Assembly (NCBI GenBank): GCA_964561155.1
Contig: CAZLOI010000002.1
Location: forward strand, 89,629 to 153,628
From: an uncultured Candidatus Saccharibacteria bacterium
GTDB taxonomy: Bacteria; Patescibacteriota; Dojkabacteria; J137
DNA length: 64,000 nucleotides
Reading direction: 5' to 3'
Below the pieces are notes generated by a model that did no database searches, was not told the origin of the DNA, and saw nothing but the letters and a program-made list of their open reading frames with translations. The translations under genes and the position numbers were made by a program. This document shows, piece after piece, positions 40,474 through 50,562 of the stretch (positions are counted from its first letter, which is position 1; each line of letters begins with the position of its first letter).

Positions 40474-41307
40474 TTATTTTGTAAAATCCTCTACAGCTTC
40501 TATAACTCTAAGTTTGACATTACCATACCACGATGCAAATTGACTGAAAGTACTTGGAGGACCAATTATTAGATCCATCTTTGCAAGTAGGAATAGATCA
40601 ACAATGAACTCATTATTTGAAATTATTAACTCATCTTCATTAATACCATTAAATTCTGACTTATCTCTTTTTTCATCTGAAAAAATCACAAATACAACAC
40701 TATTGTCTTGAAACTCTTCTCTCAATTTCTTCATACCGTTCAGGTAATCTTTTACCTCATAGAAATACTTACCATTAAGGTGATCCTTGTAATCAGTTCT
40801 ACGCATATGAACAGCTATCTTAAGCTTATCTCTTGGAATATCTAACAAAAAACTGTCTATAGCATCTCGATATTGCTTTGCTGGTTTAAATTTCTCGCGA
40901 ACGGTGTCACCGTGCTTATCCAAACCGAGCGTATTTCGAAATAGCCACCCGTTCAGAAACAGTACTGGGTAACGAGCTTGAAAGGCGTTGTTCGTTGGAG
41001 GCAAGATTATTGCATTATCTTCATGTCCTGTATGAAGTACATTCGCTATTTTAATACGTGAATTTACTTTTAAAAGAAATGATGAAAGGATGTGTCCCCA
41101 ACTTTTACCTAAGTAACCCCTCATCCGAAGGGAAGGAGAATGCAAGGAATTATTTTCGAGATAATGGAAGTACTTGGCGTAGGGCTCAAAAGTCGGATTT
41201 ATCAACAGATATTTCTTATCTACACAATATGCATAAATACTAATGTAATTCCAGAGTTGATTTGCAAGCCTACCACCATTATGACTTTGAATAATGACTA
41301 TTTTCAT
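40474..41307 (-). CDS. GT11-like fucosyltransferase
   Basis: N-terminal GGRLANQLWNY (compare GGLGNQ) and HMRRTDY (compare the HxRRGDY motif). Confidence 0.55.
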   Translation of the reverse strand: MKIVIIQSHNGGRLANQLWNYISIYAYCVDKKYLLINPTFEPYAKYFHYLENNSLHSPSLRMRGYLGKSWGHILSSFLLKVNSRIKIANVLHTGHEDNAIILPPTNNAFQARYPVLFLNGWLFRNTLGLDKHGDTVREKFKPAKQYRDAIDSFLLDIPRDKLKIAVHMRRTDYKDHLNGKYFYEVKDYLNGMKKLREEFQDNSVVFVIFSDEKRDKSEFNGINEDELIISNNEFIVDLFLLAKMDLIIGPPSTFSQFASWYGNVKLRVIEAVEDFTK

Positions 41308-42083
41308 TGCTTCAATAAGCTAAAAACCTTTCGGTATTTGTAGTATCTTGCATAAATGTGCTGGAGGAATCTTCTATAGAACTTTAATTCCCAAATCTTC
41401 CCCCAATATCTTTTTGCAACTTTATCGTGCTCTCTTACAAATTTCGGGATAGAGCTACCGGTCTTAGATTCAGGATGCAATTGGTACACAGATAACAAAT
41501 CTGGCACTACTTTGAATTTTTCACCTCCAGTTAGGAACCGTAACCATAAATCATGATCCATGCAATAGTGTAAGCTCTCATCAATTGATCCATACTTATC
41601 AAGTAATGATTTTCTAAAGAAGATCGAAGGTTGAGCTGGGATAGAATATTCAACCCACCATCTAATTAGTGTCTCTTCATTAATCTCTAACTGTGGGATT
41701 AACTTTTCTTCTCCTGTTTCTAAATCTAGTAACATACACTTACCAGAGAGTATTGTTACACTTGGGTCTTCAAAATATTCTGCGACTCTAGAAAGGACAT
41801 TGTCATCAGAGTAAAAGTCGTCTGCATTCAACCAGGTAACTATATCTCCCGTTACCATTTTTAAACCCTTATTAATAGCATTAGATTGTCCAGAATCTTT
41901 TTCAGAAACATAGGTGAGCTTATCTTTATGTTTCTCCAGAATCTCAACTGTCCCATCACTTGATGCTCCATCTATTACAATATGTTCAATATTTCTATGC
42001 GTTTGTTTTTGGAGCTTTAGTATGTGATCCTCTATAAACTTAGCTCCGTTATAGACAGGTGTCACTATAGAGAACTTTACCAT
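41304..42083 (-). CDS. glycosyltransferase family 2
   Basis: FSIVTPVYNGAKFIE...IVIDGASSDGT. Confidence 0.8.
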   Translation of the reverse strand: MVKFSIVTPVYNGAKFIEDHILKLQKQTHRNIEHIVIDGASSDGTVEILEKHKDKLTYVSEKDSGQSNAINKGLKMVTGDIVTWLNADDFYSDDNVLSRVAEYFEDPSVTILSGKCMLLDLETGEEKLIPQLEINEETLIRWWVEYSIPAQPSIFFRKSLLDKYGSIDESLHYCMDHDLWLRFLTGGEKFKVVPDLLSVYQLHPESKTGSSIPKFVREHDKVAKRYWGKIWELKFYRRFLQHIYARYYKYRKVFSLLKQ

Positions 42084-43123
42084 ATTCTATTTATGTCAGG
42101 ATTAATTACTTTAAATTTAGAATTTTGTCTTCTTCTTCCTTTGTAGAACTCTTTTGAGTGAACAAAAGATTGAAATGGTGCTCTTGTAGTCTCATCTTTA
42201 TTTTGTTGTTCCTTTAACCTAAGATCTGTCATGCTAGGAGTTGTTGTTGTATGGACTCTATACAAATGATAGAAACCTTCAATATGCTTTATCCTTGCCC
42301 CAGCTTTTGCCATACGCATCCAGAAATCCCAGTCTTCAAAGATCTGTCGACTTGTTGAATAACCGATATGATTCTCTTCCCAGAAAGATTTTCTGAATAC
42401 AGAAGGAGTTGGTATCGTATTAAATTCAAAGATATTATCATAGTAGAATTCTGGCATATCGTGTTCCCTATCTTCTTCCTCAAAGTATTTTATATCAGGA
42501 TATACAATGTCATAATATTCTTCTTCAAGGACGCGTATAGCATGTTTAAAGTAACCTTCAGCAAGCATATCATCAGCATCTAACATGCAGATGTATCTGC
42601 CTCTAGATTCCTCTATACCTCTCAACCTATTTTCTCCAATTGAGGACTTTGCTTCTTGGAAGACAACCCTTGTATTAGGCCATGATTTTGCTTTTATTTC
42701 TTCTCTTGACCCATCTGTTGACATTCCTTCTACTATTATTACTTCTACACGATCTCCCAACCCTTGGTTGTTTATGCTATTTACACAGTCATCTATGTAG
42801 TTCATATAGTTAAAGAAGGGGATAACGACACTAATTAATGGACCATCTACTCTAGTATTCTGTATTGTCGTACTTGTAAGGTGAAGATACAACTCGTGTG
42901 ATTTTTTATACAGGAATGAGATCCCTGGAATTGCATTCAGTAACATATCTATTCGCTGTATTGGGTTTAAATGTCGTGCAAATAACATCTCTCTAAGCCT
43001 CCATATTCTACTTCGATGAATGCTAGCAAGCTGATGCTTCACTTTATCTAACTCGAGAAGTTGGTGTCGGGTGATCAACAGATCCCTTTCAAGTTTTGCA
43101 ATTTTCTTATCTTTATCGTCCAT
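42077..43123 (-). CDS. glycosyltransferase family 2 with N-terminal coiled coil
   Basis: ISVVIPFFNYMNYIDDCVNSINNQ...DADD. Confidence 0.75.
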   Translation of the reverse strand: MDDKDKKIAKLERDLLITRHQLLELDKVKHQLASIHRSRIWRLREMLFARHLNPIQRIDMLLNAIPGISFLYKKSHELYLHLTSTTIQNTRVDGPLISVVIPFFNYMNYIDDCVNSINNQGLGDRVEVIIVEGMSTDGSREEIKAKSWPNTRVVFQEAKSSIGENRLRGIEESRGRYICMLDADDMLAEGYFKHAIRVLEEEYYDIVYPDIKYFEEEDREHDMPEFYYDNIFEFNTIPTPSVFRKSFWEENHIGYSTSRQIFEDWDFWMRMAKAGARIKHIEGFYHLYRVHTTTTPSMTDLRLKEQQNKDETTRAPFQSFVHSKEFYKGRRRQNSKFKVINPDINRIW

Positions 43124-43127
43124 ATGA

Positions 43128-44441
43128 TTACTGCTTTAACATCTCAGTATAAAGGCTAATGTATTTTTTGACCATAGTATCTAAAGTGAATCTTTCTTTA
43201 AAAACCTTTGTGGATTGGTTTGCAGCGCTGTTTCTTAGCTCTGTATTATCTAAAAAGAGCTTAACTCCTTTAATGAAATCTTGGCTGTCATTGTATTTAG
43301 CAATATACCCAGTCTCCATGTGGGTTACCAACTCAGGAATCCCCCCCGTATTATATGTAATTACTGGTGTACCAACTGCCATATTTTCAATAACAGTAAG
43401 TGGGCAGTTATCCCAAAGTGATGGATATATGAATAGATCAGCTGATGAGTAGTATTTAGCAAGCAAGAATTGATCACTAATGTAGGATATCGTTACTGTA
43501 TTCTCCGCCATGAAATCCTCTCCACCACCTCCGAGTATTGCAAAGACAATATTGGGATCATATGACAGTTCTTTATACATTGCGAGTAGAGTAGCTCTAG
43601 AATCTTTAGTACCTTCTGCTAACCCCCAAGCTGCACTGAATAGAAGAATGGTCTTATCTAATGGCAAACCTAACTCTTCCCTAACTGATGCTTTATCATA
43701 TTGCTTGAATACCGACTCATCTACCCCGTTATATATTAGATGGACTTCTTTATCTTTAAAAATACCTCGTTTTGCTTTCTTTCTCAACCATTCAGATGGT
43801 GTAACTACCATAATGTGAGAGTTTTCAACTATTTTTCTAGATAGATTCCTAAAAAAAAGTCTCCTACGTGTACTCAAATCAGGATATGTTTGTAATTCTC
43901 CTGAGACACTATTCGAATCAGGATAATCTTCAAATAAATCTAAGGTGTCATGTAATGTCCAGATGGTAGGCTTAACGGCAGAAATCTTTGGTAATACTAA
44001 CTTGTTGAAGTAGTTTACATGAAGATTGTGCAAATGTACTATATCCGCATCCTTAAAAGCATCAAAGTTTATAACTCCAAATGACGCACTAGTGAGGAAG
44101 TCATAGAACCTAAATTTTGTATCTAATCTATGCATAAGGTTAGACATGCCTTGCTCACTTACACTTATTGGATGAATATTTTCTTCTGGGCTTGTGATCA
44201 GTCCTGCAATAATCTTTGAATCTACACCTGATTTTTGAAGTTTCTTATGTAATCTATAAGCTAACATAGCGGCACCACCTTTCTTATCTACTTCTGAAAT
44301 ACTTGTTACTGCTAATAGTTTATTCTTGTTCAAATATGACTTTTTATGTTTGTAAGCAACAAAAACAAACACCACATTAAGATAAATGGATAAGAAACTC
44401 TGAATAAGTCTTGTAATTATCTTCTTAAAACTCTTTTGCAT
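43128..44441 (-). CDS. glycosyltransferase family 4
   Basis: GT-B C-terminal domain ...GGIPELV.... Confidence 0.7.
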   Translation of the reverse strand: MQKSFKKIITRLIQSFLSIYLNVVFVFVAYKHKKSYLNKNKLLAVTSISEVDKKGGAAMLAYRLHKKLQKSGVDSKIIAGLITSPEENIHPISVSEQGMSNLMHRLDTKFRFYDFLTSASFGVINFDAFKDADIVHLHNLHVNYFNKLVLPKISAVKPTIWTLHDTLDLFEDYPDSNSVSGELQTYPDLSTRRRLFFRNLSRKIVENSHIMVVTPSEWLRKKAKRGIFKDKEVHLIYNGVDESVFKQYDKASVREELGLPLDKTILLFSAAWGLAEGTKDSRATLLAMYKELSYDPNIVFAILGGGGEDFMAENTVTISYISDQFLLAKYYSSADLFIYPSLWDNCPLTVIENMAVGTPVITYNTGGIPELVTHMETGYIAKYNDSQDFIKGVKLFLDNTELRNSAANQSTKVFKERFTLDTMVKKYISLYTEMLKQ

Positions 44442-45354
44442 ATCTTAAAATGAATAAATTCCTTAGCTTTGCATCTTTTAAAATAGATGCGCTGTTGCTA
44501 TAAAATATTTTCTGAGCATGTTTTAGATCAGGAAAGTGTTGGATAAAGGCATGGTTTAGCTCGATTAAAAATTTTAATGTATTTCTATTTCCCCAGAATC
44601 CCTGCTTCCCAACTCTGTTTCTTAATAAATCTATTTGAGTTTCAGAAATATCAATATCTAGTAGCTTCTTTACATATTTTTTGATTATAAAACCTGCAAT
44701 CTCTTCCTGTCTTGTTCTATGTTGAGTTGTAATACTTTGAGAATGAACACGATACTGGATCAAAAACTCTTGTAGATTGTGTACCTTTCCGCCTGCTTCG
44801 ATTATTTTCAACCAAAGCTCATAGTCCTGCGCTTTATTGTATTCTGTACTATATCCTCCTATGTTTAGTACAAAATCTCTAAGAAACATAGCACTACTGT
44901 GCGCAATACTATTCACAAATATTATATTGCCAACATTGTCTTCGTGAGTTTCTGGATTTATTATTGTGCCGATAACATCACCTTTTTCATTGATTAAGGT
45001 TAGATTGCTTCCTACTAAGGTATAGCCAGTGCTTTCTAAAAACTCAACCTGCTTTTCAAATCTAGTAGAATCAGATACATCATCTGCATCGATTCTTGCA
45101 ATGTACTTACCTTTAGATAGAGATATACCCGTATTTGCAGATACGAATGGACCTGAGTTACTTTTATTAGTATGTATGAGTAATCTCTTATCTTTTATAG
45201 TACTCAATATTGAACCAGTACTATCTGTCGAGGCATCATCAACTACTATCAGTTCAAAATTCTTATACGTTTGATTTAAGATACTATTTAAGCACTCTAA
45301 CAAGTAGTCCTGTCCGTTATATACAGTTACGATTACACTGACTAGTGGTTTCAT
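44425..45354 (-). CDS. glycosyltransferase family 2
   Basis: VSVIVTVYNGQDYLLECLNSILNQTY...LIVVDDASTD. Confidence 0.85.
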   Translation of the reverse strand: MKPLVSVIVTVYNGQDYLLECLNSILNQTYKNFELIVVDDASTDSTGSILSTIKDKRLLIHTNKSNSGPFVSANTGISLSKGKYIARIDADDVSDSTRFEKQVEFLESTGYTLVGSNLTLINEKGDVIGTIINPETHEDNVGNIIFVNSIAHSSAMFLRDFVLNIGGYSTEYNKAQDYELWLKIIEAGGKVHNLQEFLIQYRVHSQSITTQHRTRQEEIAGFIIKKYVKKLLDIDISETQIDLLRNRVGKQGFWGNRNTLKFLIELNHAFIQHFPDLKHAQKIFYSNSASILKDAKLRNLFILRYAKEF

Positions 45355-46250
45355 ATTGGTAACCTAATCCAGTTAGATAAAACTATTTCATTTTTATTCA
45401 TAATATCATCTCTAAACCACTGATTTGGCGCTATAACTACTTTTTCTTTGTTTTCGGAAAGCCAAGCTCCCCACCAGCTAAAAGTACTGTTAGCAATAAT
45501 AAAATGTTTGCAGTGCTTCATTAACTCCAGATCAATATAGCCGTTTTCTATAGAATTAGAATCGCAAATTACGAAGTTACTTTGCATTTTAAGATTAGCT
45601 TTTACCCAGTCCACATCATCTGAAAAGATAAAGAAGGTGGGGTTAATTACCTTGTTATTAATATAATCTATAGCCTTTTCATAGTATCCTAAACTTAAAC
45701 TAGCAAAATGATTTGCAGCTGCACTATTTGTTACATAGTCACTCCTCCTAACATGAAGAGCTACTGATTCACTTTTAAGAATCTGATTCAAGAACTCTTC
45801 GTTTTTTCCCTCTAGCTTACTCTTAAGTGTAAAGTCTTTTAGTAGCTGTGGTCTAATTGACTCGAAATATTTGTGATTTGGCCAATACCCTTCAAGATAG
45901 ATATTCGCTTTCAAAGAAAAAAGAAGACTATCAAACATCCTTGATTTCTCTTTGTAGTATATATTTAAGTTAGTGATACTTAAGTAGCTTGCAAGAAAGA
46001 TCTTAATTGTATTGAAGAAACCTTTTGAGAATTTCTGTTTTTCTTCCACTGAACATTCAGTTAAATCAGTGTTAAATACTCCAAGTTTCAAGCTTCTACT
46101 GATATAGTCGCCCTGCAGTTGGTCTTTATCTCTTTCCAGAGAACTTGAATCGACCTTGAAATTAGTAGCTAATTTAGTTGCCAAAGACTTACCTATAGAA
46201 TACTGGAGCATTTGGTTACCAAGTCCTCCTTCTAGTTTGGTTATGATCAT
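45351..46250 (-). CDS. GT11 alpha-1,2-fucosyltransferase
   Basis: LEGGLGNQMLQY and ALHVRRSDYV. Confidence 0.8.
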   Translation of the reverse strand: MIITKLEGGLGNQMLQYSIGKSLATKLATNFKVDSSSLERDKDQLQGDYISRSLKLGVFNTDLTECSVEEKQKFSKGFFNTIKIFLASYLSITNLNIYYKEKSRMFDSLLFSLKANIYLEGYWPNHKYFESIRPQLLKDFTLKSKLEGKNEEFLNQILKSESVALHVRRSDYVTNSAAANHFASLSLGYYEKAIDYINNKVINPTFFIFSDDVDWVKANLKMQSNFVICDSNSIENGYIDLELMKHCKHFIIANSTFSWWGAWLSENKEKVVIAPNQWFRDDIMNKNEIVLSNWIRLPI

Positions 46251-46251
46251 A

Positions 46252-47184
46252 TTATAAAGAAATTAAATCCTTAAAATCTTCCTTGAATTTTTCAATCATA
46301 TCATTTGGTATTGCAACAATGTTCGCTATCTTTGAATCCAAGCTAGTGTGCAAAATATTGTCCTTATAGTCTTCCGATAATCCAAGAAAGCTATAGTTAC
46401 TTCTCAAGAACTCTAGATGCAGAATATCTTCTTTAGTATAACTTGCATCCTTTGATGTATTTGACGAAAACTCGAAGATTATTATTGGTTTTGCGTCTTC
46501 AATAGTATTTTTTGCACCTTTCAGTACATTAATCTCAAAACCTTCGACGTCAATCTTCATTAACCCTGGTTTTAAAAAATTCATTTTTTTACTTATACCA
46601 TCTAATGATACAAGTTCAACAGATTGTATCCCTGAGCATTGAATATACTGACCATCAACATCCTTTCTCCGAACTAATGAGTTTTGTCCTGAGTTATCAT
46701 ATAGATTAATCTGTTCGTTTCCAGCATTGTCTGATAACGCATAATTTAGATGACTGATGTTAGCACTCCCACTCAAGACAATATTCTTTTTAAGAATATT
46801 GACTGTTGATGATACTGGCTCAAATGCATAAATCTTAGAGAAAAGTTTTGATAATAATACACTGTAATATCCTATATTAGCTCCAATATCCATAAAGGCA
46901 GTATTTTTTAGCTCATCTCTATATCGATTTGATATTGTTTTCAACCAAAACTCAACATTATGTTCATAATACCCCTCGTTACTAAAAGCCCATGCCCTGT
47001 CATCTGGAATAAAAATAGAGAAAGCTCCAAAATTCTTTGTTATAGTGTTTGATGGGGTTCGAAGGAATATACTTCTAAAAAATCTTTTGAAGTGCTTTAA
47101 GACCCTGACTGGAAAGCCATCCTGATATTCCAAAATATGATTGGGATTATTTTTAATAGTTTTTTTAACTGATAAATTCCCCAT
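46252..47184 (-). CDS. FkbM-family methyltransferase
   Basis: MDIGANIGYYS...AFEP and IDVEGFE. Confidence 0.75.
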   Translation of the reverse strand: MGNLSVKKTIKNNPNHILEYQDGFPVRVLKHFKRFFRSIFLRTPSNTITKNFGAFSIFIPDDRAWAFSNEGYYEHNVEFWLKTISNRYRDELKNTAFMDIGANIGYYSVLLSKLFSKIYAFEPVSSTVNILKKNIVLSGSANISHLNYALSDNAGNEQINLYDNSGQNSLVRRKDVDGQYIQCSGIQSVELVSLDGISKKMNFLKPGLMKIDVEGFEINVLKGAKNTIEDAKPIIIFEFSSNTSKDASYTKEDILHLEFLRSNYSFLGLSEDYKDNILHTSLDSKIANIVAIPNDMIEKFKEDFKDLISL

Positions 47185-47194
47185 ATAACTTCGG

Positions 47195-48424
47195 TTACTT
47201 CTTAATGTGCCACTCTGTAGGCAATTGTAAAAGCCCGTGAGTTAGTGGTTTATCTGCAAAGACTGTAAACAAGAAGTTCTTTTCATGCCAGTCCAACACA
47301 TTCCCCATGTCACCCTCTGCCAATGTTATTGTACATCTGTAATTACCTGGCTTTAGATATAACTTAGGTACTACAAAATCATAGAAGCCGATACCATTGA
47401 GATTAAGGTTTTTTGTGTCAACATGTTGATTAGAGAATGAAACTATCACGCTAATATTCTCAACGTTTGCAATACCGAACGTGAATAGTGGGGTTTTAAC
47501 TTCTCTTTTTAGATCATAATGTATTCGCGCTTTAAAATAATCTCCTACCCCGAACTCTGTCTTCTTATCTTCATTCTCATCTAAAAACTCTACATTATTT
47601 ATTATTGTCTGCACATCGTTCGTAATATGGGTACCCACAGAGGTTAAATCGTCCTTGTCCTTCTTAAACATGAAGTTTTCGAAGTGATCACAGACAGTAT
47701 TAACATCTCCTGATTCTCTGACCACACCATTGTCAATCCAGATCACTTTTTCACATACGTTACGTATCTGATTCATTCCATGACTCACAAGTATTATTGA
47801 ACCGCCCTTTTGTCTATATTCAGAGATTTTTTTATGACACTTCAAAGCAAACTGTAGATCACCGACTGCTAAAACTTCATCTGCAAGTAATATTTCGGTA
47901 TCACTATGTATTGCTATAGAGAATCCTAGTCTAACTGTCATACCAGAAGAATAAGTAGAAACTGGAGCGTCAATAAACTCGCCAATATCAGCAAACTCAA
48001 GTATATTATCAAACTGTCGTGCTATTTGCTCTTTTGTCATTCCCAATATTGTTCCATTCAAATACACATTTTCTCTACCACTCATGTGAGGATGGAAACC
48101 AGCACCCACAGCAATCAAGGCTCCTATTTTTCCACGTACAGTTATCTTTCCAGTGTCTGGTGGAAAAATGCCATTAATTATTCTTAGAAGTGTAGATTTA
48201 CCAGAACCATTACTTCCTATAATGCCTAAACCACCGCCTCTCCTAAGCTCGAAGTTAATATCTTTTAATGACCAGAATTCACCTTTACGTAGCTTAGAGG
48301 TCTCAGGTTTTATACCCACCATACTCTTAGCGATATCCGAAGTTCCATAAAGCATGCTTCTCTTTATGCTTCTGGTAAACTTCTTACTAACATTTTCTAC
48401 TTTTATTACTATGTCGTCATCCAT
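47195..48424 (-). CDS. wzt: polysaccharide ABC transporter ATP-binding protein with C-terminal extension
   Basis: GIIGSNGSGKSTLLR, YSSGMTVRLGF and LLADEVLAVGD, plus about 150 aa of C-terminal beta-rich domain beyond the nucleotide-binding domain. Confidence 0.85.
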   Translation of the reverse strand: MDDDIVIKVENVSKKFTRSIKRSMLYGTSDIAKSMVGIKPETSKLRKGEFWSLKDINFELRRGGGLGIIGSNGSGKSTLLRIINGIFPPDTGKITVRGKIGALIAVGAGFHPHMSGRENVYLNGTILGMTKEQIARQFDNILEFADIGEFIDAPVSTYSSGMTVRLGFSIAIHSDTEILLADEVLAVGDLQFALKCHKKISEYRQKGGSIILVSHGMNQIRNVCEKVIWIDNGVVRESGDVNTVCDHFENFMFKKDKDDLTSVGTHITNDVQTIINNVEFLDENEDKKTEFGVGDYFKARIHYDLKREVKTPLFTFGIANVENISVIVSFSNQHVDTKNLNLNGIGFYDFVVPKLYLKPGNYRCTITLAEGDMGNVLDWHEKNFLFTVFADKPLTHGLLQLPTEWHIKK

Positions 48425-48425
48425 A

Positions 48426-49298
48426 TTAGATCATTCTTTCAATAACTTTATCTTCGGAAACAAAGAATAGTCTCCATGACAACATAAAGAATAGAAAGGA
48501 AATAATTGAAACTAAAATATAACGTTCTGGATAATAAATCTGTCCTTCAACAATCAAATCTCTTGCCCCTGTTATCAAATAAGTTAGTGGGTTAATCTGT
48601 ACAACAGTTCTTAGTAACTCATTATCAATCCTATCAAGTTGATAAACAATCGGAATTGCATAAAATACAAACCCCATTAGTATATTGATTATATTGGTTA
48701 AGTCACTAGCAACGACACTTACTACACTAACTACAAGACCCATACCTGCACCAAGAAGGAATATTGGTATCACAACTAGAGGAAAGAAGATAATACTTGG
48801 ACTTGGAACAACACCAAAAAGTAAAAGTACTACAATATTTACTAAGAAAGTTATCAAGAAGTTGGCTAAATGCTGCGATACTTGTTTTACCAATAGTACC
48901 TCATGTGGGTATTTAACCTGATTAATAAATCCTGCGCCTGCATTCAGTGTTCCAGCAGATGAACTATAAAAACCCATAAATAATCCCCAGATAGAAGATC
49001 CTAATAATACATAAGCAGGGAAAGGGATGGGTGTATCTCCAGGTTGCAGAATTCCAGCAGAGTTCAAAAATACCCAAGATACAATACCTACTAGAGGCGA
49101 AATAAATATCCAAGCCATACCAATAAAAGATTTCTTATATGACATGAAGAAATCTCTTCTAAATAATTGCCATATAAGCTCTCTAGACTTAAAGATATTT
49201 CTAAACATAGTACCCCAAGTCTCAAAGAATCCAATCTTTAATCTCTGGTTAGGTTCATATATACTTATGTTTGATTCTTGTATAATATTTCCATTCAT
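48426..49298 (-). CDS. wzm: polysaccharide ABC-2 transporter permease
   Basis: Six transmembrane segments; its stop sits 1 nt from the wzt start. Confidence 0.75.
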   Translation of the reverse strand: MNGNIIQESNISIYEPNQRLKIGFFETWGTMFRNIFKSRELIWQLFRRDFFMSYKKSFIGMAWIFISPLVGIVSWVFLNSAGILQPGDTPIPFPAYVLLGSSIWGLFMGFYSSSAGTLNAGAGFINQVKYPHEVLLVKQVSQHLANFLITFLVNIVVLLLFGVVPSPSIIFFPLVVIPIFLLGAGMGLVVSVVSVVASDLTNIINILMGFVFYAIPIVYQLDRIDNELLRTVVQINPLTYLITGARDLIVEGQIYYPERYILVSIISFLFFMLSWRLFFVSEDKVIERMI

Positions 49299-49398
49299 AA
49301 CTCCATTTTAGCAGATTTGATTCAATCTGAGTTACAAAGATTATCTATAGGACAAATATGAAATAGAACCTGCAGAACTGATAATTGAACCTCTAAAC

Positions 49399-49782
49399 TC
49401 AATCTAGAATACCTTTCTCCACCTCATCTACAATCTGAGTGACAGTATACAAAGACTTGGTATAGTATTTAGAAATACCTAAAGATTTATACTCTTCCAA
49501 ATAACTATCTGCTTCTTCACCAGTTACTAAGATAGTGGCACCATCTTTATATAATTCATAAACGCGGTTACTACGAATAGTCTTTAAGAAATCTAAACCT
49601 GTTTCTTGTCCAACAAGACTATGATCTACCCAAAACAAATCAATCCTTGTACCTTCTTCTAAAAACTTTAAAGCGTCAGGAACATTATCAAAAGGTACAA
49701 CCTCATATCCTTTTAATCTTAACTTTGAAACTATCACCCTTTGTAGTCCAGGTGAATCCTCTAGTACCAATATTCTTGACAT
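49399..49782 (-). CDS. stand-alone response-regulator receiver domain
   Basis: ILVLEDS acidic pair, phosphoacceptor-like DLFWVDHSL, ILVTGE and a conserved Lys; 127 aa. Confidence 0.55.
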   Translation of the reverse strand: MSRILVLEDSPGLQRVIVSKLRLKGYEVVPFDNVPDALKFLEEGTRIDLFWVDHSLVGQETGLDFLKTIRSNRVYELYKDGATILVTGEEADSYLEEYKSLGISKYYTKSLYTVTQIVDEVEKGILD

Positions 49783-50037
49783 AAATTAAAGTTAAAAAGT
49801 AACTCCCTTAACTACGTCTATATACATCATACCTCGAAATGCTTTAACAGAGAAGCATTCCGCTCATATGCCCAGTCTAGCAACATGTTTCAAATGGAAT
49901 ACTGACAGTAATAATTGATAACAAACGAGTAGAAACTTGGAATATCAATACTGTATGTACTATCGGGAACCTAATCTTGACTTAGAACGAAGCTAATTTA
50001 TACTGTAACTAGTTATCTTATTTCTTATCTAGCATGT

Positions 50038-50343
50038 ATGAATAACAACAATACAAAAGGAGATACAGATGATTTGAAAGATCCAAATACACGATTCAAT
50101 GAAGATGATGTTGTAGAAAACAAATCAGTAGATAGAATAATTGATCCATCAGAAAGACAGCAGTGGGACGAAGATGATGCATCTCTTGCAGGTGATGAAG
50201 TTGGAGAAAAAGAAACCGGTATGGAGGATGTAGATGATCCTAACAGAAGACTTGGTCAAAGAGAAGGTGCGGCAGATGAAGGAAGTATAGTTGAAGATGA
50301 TGACTTTGACGATGAAGATGAGATCGCTGATCTTCCGATGTAA
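50038..50343 (+). CDS. highly acidic small protein
   Basis: 101 aa, Asp/Glu rich (EDDDFDDEDEIADLPM). Confidence 0.35.
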   Translation: MNNNNTKGDTDDLKDPNTRFNEDDVVENKSVDRIIDPSERQQWDEDDASLAGDEVGEKETGMEDVDDPNRRLGQREGAADEGSIVEDDDFDDEDEIADLPM

Positions 50344-50562
50344 TCTAACAAAGAAGATTAGATAGTTATCCTAACTTCCAAAAGGATTAGGCATAGCTCC
50401 CGAGATATCAGTACCCTTATTTAAGGGTACTACGTTTATATTATGATCAAGAAAACCATGGTGAGTTATTCGAATATACATCTTGATTGATAATAGGTCC
50501 AATTTACTTGCCATAGGCTCATTCTATGCTAGTATGTAAGCATTACTTCTTAACATATTCCT

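Noticed and set aside
49783-50037. Hairpin GAAATGCTT-N8-AAGCATTCC in the divergent intergenic region upstream of the receiver gene
   Set aside because: The stem is short (7 bp) and AT-rich with no flanking conserved motif. That is insufficient to call a regulatory element.
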